A DNA stretch of 57,077 nucleotides, taken from positions 1 to 57,077 of IMG/VR virus record IMGVR_UViG_3300025000_000123; one strand, given 5' to 3'. A program made the position numbers and the translations under genes. Below are positions 1 to 8,434 of the stretch, one piece after another. The notes beneath the pieces were generated by a model. The model had not been told where the DNA came from, searched no databases, and was given only the letters and a program-made list of their open reading frames with translations. This stretch comes from a virus. Position 1 is the stretch's first letter. Each line of letters begins with the position of its first letter.

Positions 1-83
1 CCGGCGACGGCTCCGGCGACGGCTACGGCGACGGCTACGGCGACGGCGACGGCGACGGCTACGGCTCCGGCGACGGCTCCGGC
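1..83. repeat. Terminal direct repeat: bases 1-83 are identical to 56995-57077 (contig-end overlap; circular or terminally redundant genome)
   Basis: Base-by-base comparison of both ends. The overlap also keeps the Gly-X repeat gene in frame across the junction. Confidence 0.85.
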
Positions 84-287
84 GACGGCTCCGGCTACGG
101 CGACGGCGACGGCTACGGCGACGGCTCCGGCTCCGGCGACGGCTACGGCTACGGCTCCGGCTACGGCTCCGGCTCCGGCTCCGGCTACGGCTCCGGCTCC
201 GGCTACGGCTACGGCTCCGGCTACGGCTCCGGCTCCGGCTCCGGCTACGGCGACGGCTACGGCGACGGCTCCGGCTCCGGCGACTGA
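1..287 (+). CDS. 3' part of the (Gly-X)n low-complexity protein (X = Asp/Ser/Tyr only), continuing from 56913..57077; stop TGA 285-287
   Basis: Frame 3 reads GGC-GAC/TCC/TAC hexamers without interruption up to TGA at 285. Absent from the ORF track only because it has no start inside the window start. Confidence 0.6.
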   Translation, partial: GDGSGDGYGDGYGDGDGDGYGSGDGSGDGSGYGDGDGYGDGSGSGDGYGYGSGYGSGSGSGYGSGSGYGYGSGYGSGSGSGYGDGYGDGSGSGD

Positions 288-359
288 TTTGTAACTTGAC
301 CAGTTTCAGCGTTTTGTACGAGCGCGCCTCGGCTCTGACAGGGGCACCAAGGAGGACGT

Positions 360-563
360 ATGAGAAAGAAGCAGTTACCCATCACCGACGAACAGGCAGC
401 CCGGTGTCTGGACGACTTCCCGCCGGAGTCGCAGGCGGACATCTGGGCGATCTACCTCGAGCAGCGCCAGACCGAGATCCCTGCGGAGTCCTGGCGGCGA
501 ACGATGATCGGGATTGTATTCCTGGTCCTGGTCCAGGAAGAGCAAAAGAAACGACTCAATTGA
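360..563 (+). CDS. Hypothetical small protein (67 aa), hydrophobic C-terminal segment
   Basis: ATG at 360 preceded by AAGGAGGA (349-356). Ends before the next RBS/start at 605. Confidence 0.55.
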   Translation: MRKKQLPITDEQAARCLDDFPPESQADIWAIYLEQRQTEIPAESWRRTMIGIVFLVLVQEEQKKRLN

Positions 564-604
564 CCGCGAAACAAGCCCGGCGCGGCGGGCAAAGGAGGAT
601 TGAA

Positions 605-2119
605 ATGCAGCTCAGTATTCTCGCAAAAACACCAGTTGGTCCTTTCCAGGAGCTCACCCTTAACTTCCCGACTGAGCCCGGGGTCTACGTGCTGAAAGGC
701 CGGAACGCCGCGGGCAAGACATACCTGCTCGAGCACGTTCTGCCGCGGGTTGGCGGGGAGTCTGTCGAGGTCGCCCCGATGGACGGCCACGAGCGCGGGG
801 AGGTGAGCCTGACCGAGGACGGGCAGACCTTTACGCTGCGTGTCGGGAAGCGGGTCACATCTGAGGGCAGCCTGCCGATCTACTTCCCGCGAGAGGAAGG
901 GAGGGCACTGGCGGAGCTCGTGAAGCCTACTGCGAAAGACGAGGGAGCTCGCGAGCTGGCCCGCATTCAGGCACTGTGCCGCCTGGCCCGCCTCGAGCCC
1001 ACTCCGGCACGTATGCAGGTGCTGGGGGGGCAGGATGTTCCCTTGCGCCCCGGTGCCACAATCGTGGACGCCGCCAAGGAGACCCGCAAGCGACTCCAAG
1101 AGCAGGCACGAGAGGCAGAGGCGTGTCAGCAGCGGGCAGCCGGCGAGGTGAGCGCCTTGACCCGGCATCTCGCTGATATCCAGCCACTCGAGCCCGTTGA
1201 CGTCGCAATCCCGGTGGAAGATGCCCAGGCAGAGGCCACCCGGCTTGAGCGGGACGCGGCAGTCATCCGGGCTCGGGCGGACCAAAGGCAGCAGGCAGAG
1301 CAGCGGCTCGAGAAGATCCGGGCGGGTAGGGCAGACCGTCCGGACTGCAGGGACATCGACGAGCGGATCTCCGGGCTCACGATAGCCCGCGACGAAGCAG
1401 CAGCCAAGATCGCCGACCTCGAGCGTACTCTGGCAGATCTCCGTCAGGCACAGGCAGCGAGGCTTGCAGACCTTCGCGCGAGCACGGATGAGCGGACCCG
1501 ACTCGATCGCGCGGCCGAACAGTGGGACCGCGAGCAGGCGGAACTGGAACAACCCCTCGACGGTCCGACCCCGGCAGAGGCGGACGAGGCGGAGATGGCG
1601 GCGCTCCAGGCTCGAAGTGAACTCGAGGCGGCACGGGCATACGCGGCATTCTGCGCGGCCGAGGAGCGCCAGAGTCAGGACCGGACCCGGCTCGAGGCAG
1701 AGCGGGAGGCGGCGGTCCAACAGCAGATGGCCGCCGAACAGCGGGCGGCCGACCTCCGGCAGGCAGCGGGGCAGGTCTGGGAGCGGCTTGCCGGACTGCT
1801 CGCCGACTCCGGGCTCGAGGACTTCGTGGTTCAGGACGGGCTGCTCAGCGTCCGGCTTGAGAACGGGCGGATCGAGCCGTATAACGACTCGCGGCTGTCG
1901 TTTGGCCAGCTGGTGTTCTTTGCGCTCCGGGCTGCGTTTGCGGCGATCGAGGGGGCGCAGAAGGGGAAGACGGTGTTTCTCATCCCTTGGGACTTCTGGT
2001 GGTCACTGGACCCAGACCATCAGCAGGAGGTGTGGACGCAATCACTCATTGTCGGGATCGCGCTGTACACCGAGGCGCCCTCATCCGGGGACATTCGGGT
2101 TGAAGCATGGGAGGGTTGA
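605..2119 (+). CDS. Rad50/SbcC/SMC-like ATPase with long coiled coil
   Basis: ATG 605 preceded by AGGAGG. Walker A GRNAAGKT near the N-terminus, about 300 aa of Ala/Glu/Arg/Gln-rich coiled coil, C-terminal signature-like LSFGQ and a hydrophobic-Asp Walker B-like FWWSLD. The track ORF from 296 is an upstream read-through. Confidence 0.7.
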   Translation: MQLSILAKTPVGPFQELTLNFPTEPGVYVLKGRNAAGKTYLLEHVLPRVGGESVEVAPMDGHERGEVSLTEDGQTFTLRVGKRVTSEGSLPIYFPREEGRALAELVKPTAKDEGARELARIQALCRLARLEPTPARMQVLGGQDVPLRPGATIVDAAKETRKRLQEQAREAEACQQRAAGEVSALTRHLADIQPLEPVDVAIPVEDAQAEATRLERDAAVIRARADQRQQAEQRLEKIRAGRADRPDCRDIDERISGLTIARDEAAAKIADLERTLADLRQAQAARLADLRASTDERTRLDRAAEQWDREQAELEQPLDGPTPAEADEAEMAALQARSELEAARAYAAFCAAEERQSQDRTRLEAEREAAVQQQMAAEQRAADLRQAAGQVWERLAGLLADSGLEDFVVQDGLLSVRLENGRIEPYNDSRLSFGQLVFFALRAAFAAIEGAQKGKTVFLIPWDFWWSLDPDHQQEVWTQSLIVGIALYTEAPSSGDIRVEAWEG

Positions 2120-2121
2120 GG

Positions 2122-2439
2122 ATGTTAATTCGTATCACGAGTTTGGATCGCGTTCTGGAACTTAGCAAGCAACACCGCGCCTGCTACGTGCCGAGGGCAG
2201 GCATTACACGACACACTCCGGCAATCGTGTTCTGCAACATGCCGATGCGGTGTGTGTCTGATTACATCAATCGCGGGATGCTATTCGAGAAAGTTGACGG
2301 TCAGTCCGACGATACCCGCCCGGACGTCAGGGAAGCGGAATACGAGCGGGCCAACTACGAGCGGGACCTGGCGAAGGACCGCCGGGCGACGGGGGAGAAT
2401 GGCTACCACGATTACGAAGTTGTCGATGGGGAGGGATGA
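2122..2439 (+). CDS. Hypothetical protein (about 105 aa)
   Basis: ATG 2122 with GGGAGGG 6 nt upstream (alternative ATG 2107). Overlaps the stop of the ATPase gene. Confidence 0.5.
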   Translation: MLIRITSLDRVLELSKQHRACYVPRAGITRHTPAIVFCNMPMRCVSDYINRGMLFEKVDGQSDDTRPDVREAEYERANYERDLAKDRRATGENGYHDYEVVDGEG

Positions 2440-2636
2440 TGAGCACCACACCAGACATCACCGCCCTGTCAGCGTATCGAGAGATGTGCTGCAATGTCGG
2501 GGCAATGGTCCGGGATGAGACGGCGGATCCGCGGGCGCTGAAGGTGCTCGACGAGGCGCTGCTTGAGTACCAACAGGCAGCACTTGTTGAGGGACCGATA
2601 CCCGAGTTCCCGTCGCTGGATGATGAGACGGATTGA
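2436..2636 (+). CDS. Hypothetical acidic small protein (66 aa)
   Basis: ATGA start/stop overlap with the upstream ORF. GGGGAGGG lies upstream. Confidence 0.5.
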   Translation: MMSTTPDITALSAYREMCCNVGAMVRDETADPRALKVLDEALLEYQQAALVEGPIPEFPSLDDETD

Positions 2637-2724
2637 CCTTGTCTGGGCGCCCATCGAGAGGGCGGCGCCCGATATACCCGCATTGACAGCGGGAAGTAGC
2701 CCTCGAGTTTTTTTGGAGGCAGCA

Positions 2725-4512
2725 ATGAGGTACACGGCAGCGTTTCTCTGTGCGGGCATGGGCGGCGGAGCTCGCGGTTTCCTCGACGCGCGGGCGGAGT
2801 GGAAGGGCATAGCCGGGCACTTTGAGATCGTCGGGGCGGTGGATGTGGATCCGGCAGCGTGCGAGGCATTTGAGCTGGTCACCGGCCATCCGTGCGCTCA
2901 GGCGGACCTGATGGACAGGGAGCAGTACCGTGCTTTCCACGGGCACGAGCCGCCGGCGGACTGGCACCAGGTGACCCCGGCAGACTTTCGGGAGTGGTTC
3001 GGGGATGATGCGCCAGATGTGATTTTTATTTCGGCGCCTTGCAAAGGTTTTTCGGCCCTGCTGCCGAGCGACAAAGCAGCCTCCGGGAAATACCAGGCCC
3101 TGAACCGGCTGGCGGAGCGCTGCATCTGGCTCACCCTCGAGGCCTGGGGCGACAAGGGGCCCAGGGCGATCCTGTTCGAGAACGTGCCCCGGATCCGGCA
3201 GCGCGGTAAAGACCTCCTGCAGACGCTCGAGGCCATGCTGAACGCTTACGGCTATGCCTGGCGCTCCTACGACCACGACGCCGGCGAGATCGGCGGGCTG
3301 GCTCAGCACCGGACCCGGTTCCTTGGCATAGCCCGGCACATCGCCAGGTGTCGGCCGATTATTTACCAGCCAGAGCGGCAGAGGCTGAAGAGCGTGGGCG
3401 AGGTGCTCTCGAGCCTGCCCATGCCCGACGACCCGGCAGCGGGGCCGATGCATCGCCTGCCCCGGTTGCAGTTGTTGACATGGATCCGTCTGGCGCTGAT
3501 TCCTGCCGGGAAGGACTGGCGAGCTCTTCAGCAAGTGGAGCGGGTCGAGTTCTACCAGCACCAGGCCCCTGGCTACGACGGCCAGACACTACGCGCCAAT
3601 GGCTACCGGGTGCAGGCGTGGAATGACCCGGCGTATACCGTGACCGGCGCCAGAGACCCGATCGCCGGCGGCCCGGTGGTGGCTGACCCCAGGCTCGAGC
3701 ATGAGCCACGACGAGGCGTGTATGCGGTGGTCCCGTGGTCGGAGACATCCGGCGCGGTGACCGGTGCCGAGGGTGTCGGCCGGTCCAATAGTATTACGGC
3801 GGTGGCAGATCCCCGCTTATCGACGCTTGACGGACGCTTCAAGGGGAAGTACCGCGTCATCGCGTGGAACGAAGCAGGCACCACGATTAGCGCGGGCATC
3901 TCCCTGGGTAGTAATGCAGCAGTCGTTGCCGATCCCCGGATTGGCATGGATTCCCCGAAGTTCAATCACGCCTACCGGGTTGGGCAGTGGACAGAACCTG
4001 GTGGCACGGTGGCAAGCGGCACGTCTCCCTCGAGCGGGGCGTCTATCGTCGCTGATCCCCGCCTCGGTTGCGCGCCTCGAGCGGGTGGATACGGGGTGCT
4101 CGACTGGGAGCAGACGGCCGGGACGGTGGCAGCATCTGCCGACGTCCACGCGGGTTGTGCAGCTGTGGCTGATCCCCGGTGGGCCATGACCGACCGTCCG
4201 GAGCCGCCGCCGGTCATCATCGCTGAGGATGGCACCTGGCACCGCCCGCTGACCACGCTCGAGCTGCTGGTGCTGCAGGGCTTCGATCCCCGGCGGTCAG
4301 ACGGCTCATACCTGGTGTTGCCGGGCAGATCCGATGCCCGGTGGCGGGAGCACATCGGGAATGCCGTTCCGCCTCCGACAGCGCGGGCGATAGCGGAGCA
4401 GATACTGATCACCCTGCTCATGGACGACGCAGGGACAACATTCCGACTGAGCACGGCGGCGCCGTGGGTGTCGCCGAATGAGGTCGGACAAGTGGCCATG
4501 TTTGGAGGGTAA
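2725..4512 (+). CDS. DNA (cytosine-5) methyltransferase with a five-fold repeated target-recognition region
   Basis: All canonical C5-MTase motifs are readable. I: FLCAGMGGG. IV: SAPCKGFS. VI: LFENVPRI. VIII: AQHRTRF. IX: PLTTLELLVLQGFDP. X: GNAVPPP. ATG 2725 is preceded by GGAGG. The upstream part of the track ORF reads a CTCGAG out of the Leu-Glu frame. Confidence 0.9.
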   Translation: MRYTAAFLCAGMGGGARGFLDARAEWKGIAGHFEIVGAVDVDPAACEAFELVTGHPCAQADLMDREQYRAFHGHEPPADWHQVTPADFREWFGDDAPDVIFISAPCKGFSALLPSDKAASGKYQALNRLAERCIWLTLEAWGDKGPRAILFENVPRIRQRGKDLLQTLEAMLNAYGYAWRSYDHDAGEIGGLAQHRTRFLGIARHIARCRPIIYQPERQRLKSVGEVLSSLPMPDDPAAGPMHRLPRLQLLTWIRLALIPAGKDWRALQQVERVEFYQHQAPGYDGQTLRANGYRVQAWNDPAYTVTGARDPIAGGPVVADPRLEHEPRRGVYAVVPWSETSGAVTGAEGVGRSNSITAVADPRLSTLDGRFKGKYRVIAWNEAGTTISAGISLGSNAAVVADPRIGMDSPKFNHAYRVGQWTEPGGTVASGTSPSSGASIVADPRLGCAPRAGGYGVLDWEQTAGTVAASADVHAGCAAVADPRWAMTDRPEPPPVIIAEDGTWHRPLTTLELLVLQGFDPRRSDGSYLVLPGRSDARWREHIGNAVPPPTARAIAEQILITLLMDDAGTTFRLSTAAPWVSPNEVGQVAMFGG

Positions 4513-4514
4513 TC

Positions 4515-4745
4515 ATGAGCCTCGGATCGATTACGGTGACCCGGCTTGAGTGGACGTGTCCGGCATGCGGCACTCTCCACATCTGGCACTGGCATCCATG
4601 TGATGCTCAGTATGGCGACGTGATCCTGATGGTGTGCGAGGCGTGCCCGATTCAGACGAGGGTGCGCCTCGCAGACAATTGGGACAACGGCGGGATAAAA
4701 GGGGGTGTGTGTTCGACAACCGGGCGGAACTCGAGTCCTGGGTAG
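4515..4745 (+). CDS. Small zinc-ribbon protein (76 aa)
   Basis: GGAGGG RBS. CPAC...CEAC cysteine pairs. Confidence 0.6.
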   Translation: MSLGSITVTRLEWTCPACGTLHIWHWHPCDAQYGDVILMVCEACPIQTRVRLADNWDNGGIKGGVCSTTGRNSSPG

Positions 4746-4782
4746 TCCCGGGCTCGCAGTGGCCGCCGTTTTTGAGGCAACA

Positions 4783-5019
4783 ATGACAGATCACCTCACA
4801 GTCTACTTCACGATGATCTGCCACACTGAGACCGGATGGTTCCGCGTTGGCAATGCGTATAGTTCGCGACAGTGCGCCAAATCATGGTTACCTTTTGCGC
4901 GCAAGGCATGGCGACGTCTGCCCGGGAAGGTGGAACAATGCAAGCTGGATTTCGTGGACGGAGTGATAACCGACGACTCGCGAAAACTCTTGAGCGATCG
5001 CTATAACATGGAGGCCTGA
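4783..5019 (+). CDS. Hypothetical protein (78 aa)
   Basis: ATG 4783 after GAGG. The track start at 4705 overlaps the previous gene. Confidence 0.5.
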   Translation: MTDHLTVYFTMICHTETGWFRVGNAYSSRQCAKSWLPFARKAWRRLPGKVEQCKLDFVDGVITDDSRKLLSDRYNMEA

Positions 5020-5020
5020 C

Positions 5021-5257
5021 ATGCTCAGAGACAACTACAGACCTGTGATATGGGGCGGAGGGCCACGGACGCAACATACCGGGTGGGTATGGGCGACGTG
5101 TGACACGTGTGGCGTCGAGTCAAAGTGGATCCATGGTTCGGTCCGCGTGCTCGAGGAAGTCGAGGTCAGGCGGCGCGAAAGTCGCGTTGCACTCGAGGCT
5201 GCCGGCTGGACGATCTCGCCGGACAAAGCGACCTGCCCGGCACACACAGAGATATGA
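5021..5257 (+). CDS. Hypothetical protein (78 aa), CxxC...C motif
   Basis: GGAGG 6 nt upstream of ATG 5021. Confidence 0.55.
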   Translation: MLRDNYRPVIWGGGPRTQHTGWVWATCDTCGVESKWIHGSVRVLEEVEVRRRESRVALEAAGWTISPDKATCPAHTEI

Positions 5258-5281
5258 ATTCTGTTGAAGGAGTGAGAGACG

Positions 5282-5518
5282 ATGCGTTCTAACTGCTTGT
5301 TGGCGGCCGTATTAATAAAGAGACGGCTTAAATGTGGACGGATACGGATACTCTGGCGCGGGCTTCCGGGCTGGCTTCCACATTTCGTGCTTGAACTGCC
5401 GGATGGATGGTCCATCCATTATTGCGGACGGGCAAAGGGGCACAGCAGTCTGTTGGATCATGTGTGGTTTCATGGCAGACTCAAAGTGGATTGGTTCGGC
5501 GCACGCAAGGAGGCATGA
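5282..5518 (+). CDS. Hypothetical protein (78 aa)
   Basis: AAGGAG upstream of ATG 5282. Last gene of the rightward operon, convergent with 5555..6040. Confidence 0.5.
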   Translation: MRSNCLLAAVLIKRRLKCGRIRILWRGLPGWLPHFVLELPDGWSIHYCGRAKGHSSLLDHVWFHGRLKVDWFGARKEA

Positions 5519-5554
5519 CAATGCGCAGACGATATCACTGCCATTTTAGAGGTG

Positions 5555-6040
5555 TCACCAACACTGATCCAACCAGTAGCAATACTGGTCGGTCGTAGTG
5601 ACGGTGCACTCCGGGTCCAAACAGGAAACGTACTGCTCGCAGAATAGGACCTCGACACAGTCGTCATCCGTCGAGCCTGGATCGTCGTAATAGACGTGTT
5701 GTTGCCCCGGGGCGGGGCTCCCGGACTGAGTGGGTCCTCCCGGAGGGGCACCGTAGATCGTCCGGGTGGCGGAGGTCCGGTAGCACTCCGTCGAGCAGGT
5801 CTCCCCCTCGTAGCCGTACCCCCACAGTTTCGGGGTGTACTCGCAGACTTTCACGCAGGCCTGATCCCCCATTTCCGATGGGAGCGTGGTACACGCCACA
5901 TAGACCGTCCCGGTGTCGTCCTGATACGTGGTGCACTCGGTGTCACCACCGTGGAACGGGTCATCCCATTGTTTTTCCATGGCCTCCGCTGGCCCCCCAA
6001 TCGCCAGCCAGAGGAACAGCAAACCGAACAAGTAGCGCAT
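5555..6040 (-). CDS. Secreted cysteine-rich protein (161 aa, about 12 Cys)
   Basis: N-terminal signal-peptide-like MRYLFGLLFLWLAIGGPAEA. The mature part is Cys/Tyr/Asp/Thr-rich. AAGGA RBS. Confidence 0.7.
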   Translation of the reverse strand: MRYLFGLLFLWLAIGGPAEAMEKQWDDPFHGGDTECTTYQDDTGTVYVACTTLPSEMGDQACVKVCEYTPKLWGYGYEGETCSTECYRTSATRTIYGAPPGGPTQSGSPAPGQQHVYYDDPGSTDDDCVEVLFCEQYVSCLDPECTVTTTDQYCYWLDQCW

Positions 6041-6100
6041 ATCGATCCTTTCTTTGTGCCCCGAAGGGCGGTTATGCCCGATGTCGGGCGGGAACCCTAA

Positions 6101-6595
6101 TCACCTCACCCGGATGTCGGGCAGGACACAGAACCCGAGCAGCCCCTTCGCCACGCGGGCCTTCACCTCCAGACAGACCCGATGCCACGTGGACACCGAC
6201 TCAAACAATGCGGAGATCAGTAGCCGGGCATCATCCTCGGACATCCCGGTGACGACCGCACCATCGTCCGTAAACTCGAGCGACCCGCCGATCTCTGCGA
6301 ACGACGTCACCAGGATCCGGGCATCCCGGGCGTCGAGCACAAGGTCCCGGACGGGAATCAGAACCGGTTTCGGCGCCGGGGTATTCCGGACGGCGGAGTC
6401 GATCGCGGTCACGACCGCCTCAGCGATGGCGATCGCGTGCTCCGGTGACTCCGCCCGAACGTAAATCGAATGCGCGCCGCGCCCGTCGGGCGTGAGTCTG
6501 AGTCCGGTGATACTCCAGTCGGGAAACTCGCCGACCGGCGTGTAATGTTTCGCGGCCCATGGGCGGGTCAGCTCGCGGGAAACGTGGAAATGCAT
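6101..6595 (-). CDS. Hypothetical protein (164 aa)
   Basis: ATG 6595 preceded by AAGGAG. The longer track ORF (to 6679) overlaps the upstream gene. Confidence 0.6.
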   Translation of the reverse strand: MHFHVSRELTRPWAAKHYTPVGEFPDWSITGLRLTPDGRGAHSIYVRAESPEHAIAIAEAVVTAIDSAVRNTPAPKPVLIPVRDLVLDARDARILVTSFAEIGGSLEFTDDGAVVTGMSEDDARLLISALFESVSTWHRVCLEVKARVAKGLLGFCVLPDIRVR

Positions 6596-6606
6596 AATAC
6601 GACTCC

Positions 6607-7104
6607 TTACGGGATCTCCAACCATGGGATCCCGGATTGAGATACCGCCCAACCGAACAACTCGTCGGGCGACTCGCAATACTCAGCCATAGAGGGGACC
6701 GCCCCCTCGATATACAGGGGCAGATCCGACCATGCCTCGATCATTTCCAGTGTGCCGTCGAGGTGTTCGGACACCACGTTGGCGAGTGCTGCCCGGAACT
6801 TAGCCTGCTTTTCTTTTTTTTTAATCCGGGCCATCCGGGCGGCCATCTCGGAACCGGATACCAACCGCCACCCCCGGCGGGTGAACGACGTAGCAAGCAA
6901 CGCCTTCAACTTGTCCAGGTTGGGCTCTACGATTGCGAGCCCCAACGCCCATTGGATGCGGACCTCACCCACCCCCAGATCGGGATGACTCTCGACCCGG
7001 ATCGACAGTCCCTCGTGCCGATCCGCGAACCATAGTAATTCCTTCGCCGCGGGCTCGAAAACGTCCCGCGGAATGTTGGTGTAAACGATGGTCTTCATTG
7101 TCAT
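6607..7104 (-). CDS. Hypothetical protein (165 aa) containing an A9 run encoding KKK
   Basis: ATG 7104 six nt after AAGGAG. Confidence 0.6.
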   Translation of the reverse strand: MTMKTIVYTNIPRDVFEPAAKELLWFADRHEGLSIRVESHPDLGVGEVRIQWALGLAIVEPNLDKLKALLATSFTRRGWRLVSGSEMAARMARIKKKEKQAKFRAALANVVSEHLDGTLEMIEAWSDLPLYIEGAVPSMAEYCESPDELFGWAVSQSGIPWLEIP

Positions 7105-7236
7105 GCTCTCTCCTTTCACACCCCAGCCCGTTCTCCGGGCGATGGGGCAACAAGATCGGCGCCGCGCCGGATTGCGTCGGCGACCGACCGGACCAACATA
7201 AGACCGTTTAGGCTACAGCCGCCGCTGGCTGCAGCC

Positions 7237-7590
7237 TCATCCACGAGCGCGGCGTCGAACGCTTGCAAGTCGCGCACGATATCCGTTGTACGCCGCGAGA
7301 CGCGCCTCCTCGATCTTCGCGGGGGTGATCTCCCCCTCATAGCGGTGCCACGATTGCACCGCTACATTTGCGCGCCCCACCAGCGTGACGTGAATCACGC
7401 CAGAAGACAGTTCGATGCGGCTCTCCAGCGCCTCACCGCATGAACTGTCACACATGATCAGGGGAGGCACCCGGATGTAGGGCGCCCCATCAAGGGACAA
7501 GCAGAGTTCGGGGTAGAACCGATCCCCGTCTACCATCCCATCCCTTAATTCGCGCCGCCACTGCTGCGCGGCATCGATCAGTGCCTGCAT
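7237..7590 (-). CDS. Hypothetical protein (117 aa); 3' end uncertain
   Basis: GAGGAG RBS before ATG 7590. The Arg-rich C-terminus and the overlapping frame 7116..7340 (more protein-like, ends next to the following RBS) suggest a frameshift or a second small gene. Confidence 0.45.
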   Translation of the reverse strand: MQALIDAAQQWRRELRDGMVDGDRFYPELCLSLDGAPYIRVPPLIMCDSSCGEALESRIELSSGVIHVTLVGRANVAVQSWHRYEGEITPAKIEEARLAAYNGYRARLASVRRRARG

Positions 7591-7652
7591 CTTTTTCTCC
7601 TCTGCCCGGCATCACCGGGCTCACAAATGTATTCCTCTCGATGGCGGACGTG

Positions 7653-8327
7653 TCACGGAAGTGTCACGGTGATCGTCCGGCGCCGAACGTACGCACGGAT
7701 CGTCTCGATCTGCGCGACGATTACGGGGACCGTCTCTGAGGCCATCCGCGCCGACCACCCATCCGGCAGGCGATCCTCGTCCCGCTCGGTCCCGTAATCA
7801 AAGCTGACACCGTCTGGCTGGATCTCAAAACCCGCCCGGGTCCACATCCCGGCCGGGAACGGTGTGGTGCACAACAGCAGACCATCACCCCGGACCACTC
7901 CCGGGCAGAACGACTTATGGATGAGGATCAAGCGGTTGTCTCCGCCGTCCACGATGGCGACGGATCGCCCGTCGGCCAGCGTCTCCCGACAGATCCGCGG
8001 GATGTCGAGTGGATTGTGCACCGTGGCCACGAACTGATACACACCCGGGTCCGGACGGACCATTGCGCCGTCCGCTATCTGCCGGAGATTGTCTAAACGG
8101 GCTTTCTCCGCCGTCACAGCGGCCTCGATCGCCGCGCGGATCTCCTCCATCCGTTCTGGCGTCGTGGACGCCCAGATGCACGGGCGATCCCCGAACCGGT
8201 TAGGCGAATTGCCGAACGAATCAATAACCGCGCACACTTTATTTTCGAGCCATGCCGGGTCAAGGCCCGGCTCCTCTGCGGTGATGGGCATGCGGTCGTA
8301 ATGTGGGTTCCCGAGTGCGATTCTCAT
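7653..8327 (-). CDS. Hypothetical protein (224 aa)
   Basis: AAGGA RBS, long ORF in the operon orientation. Confidence 0.6.
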   Translation of the reverse strand: MRIALGNPHYDRMPITAEEPGLDPAWLENKVCAVIDSFGNSPNRFGDRPCIWASTTPERMEEIRAAIEAAVTAEKARLDNLRQIADGAMVRPDPGVYQFVATVHNPLDIPRICRETLADGRSVAIVDGGDNRLILIHKSFCPGVVRGDGLLLCTTPFPAGMWTRAGFEIQPDGVSFDYGTERDEDRLPDGWSARMASETVPVIVAQIETIRAYVRRRTITVTLP

Positions 8328-8434
8328 GTGATTTTTCCTTGAATTTGCTTTCCGCCCGGTCGCCCGGGCTCGTTGTTTCTCCGACCGTTGCGGGATCTCC
8401 GCCGAAGCGGGGATCCGGTAACGAGGCCGGTGGG

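Noticed and set aside
1-287. Highly regular short repeats at both contig ends, and the regular repeats at 49999-50183, considered as CRISPR arrays
   Set aside because: The end repeats are a continuous 6-nt periodic coding array with no unique spacers. The 24-bp iterons have 9-42-bp non-unique intervals and lie inside a gene. No cas genes are present.
296-604. N-terminal 103-aa extension of the ATPase ORF given in the track
   Set aside because: It overlaps a separate RBS-supported small gene (360..563). The real start at 605 has AGGAGG, and the extension is Arg/Pro/Gly-rich.
452-1720. 422-aa minus-strand ORF opposite the SMC-like ATPase gene
   Set aside because: Arg/Pro/Leu/Cys-rich junk with no RBS, lying antisense to a motif-bearing gene. 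This is a typical high-GC shadow ORF. The same reasoning applies to 927..1208, 1126..1407, 1377..1649 and the plus-strand ORF 1464..2165.
2458-3561. 367-aa minus-strand ORF opposite the C5 methyltransferase
   Set aside because: The opposite strand carries all ten-motif-type MTase signatures. The composition is typical of a shadow frame.
6814-6822. A9 homopolymer in gene 6607..7104 as a second programmed frameshift site
   Set aside because: Both the -1 and +1 frames hit stop codons within about 8 and 25 codons, so no extended alternative product exists. It most likely simply encodes Lys-Lys-Lys.
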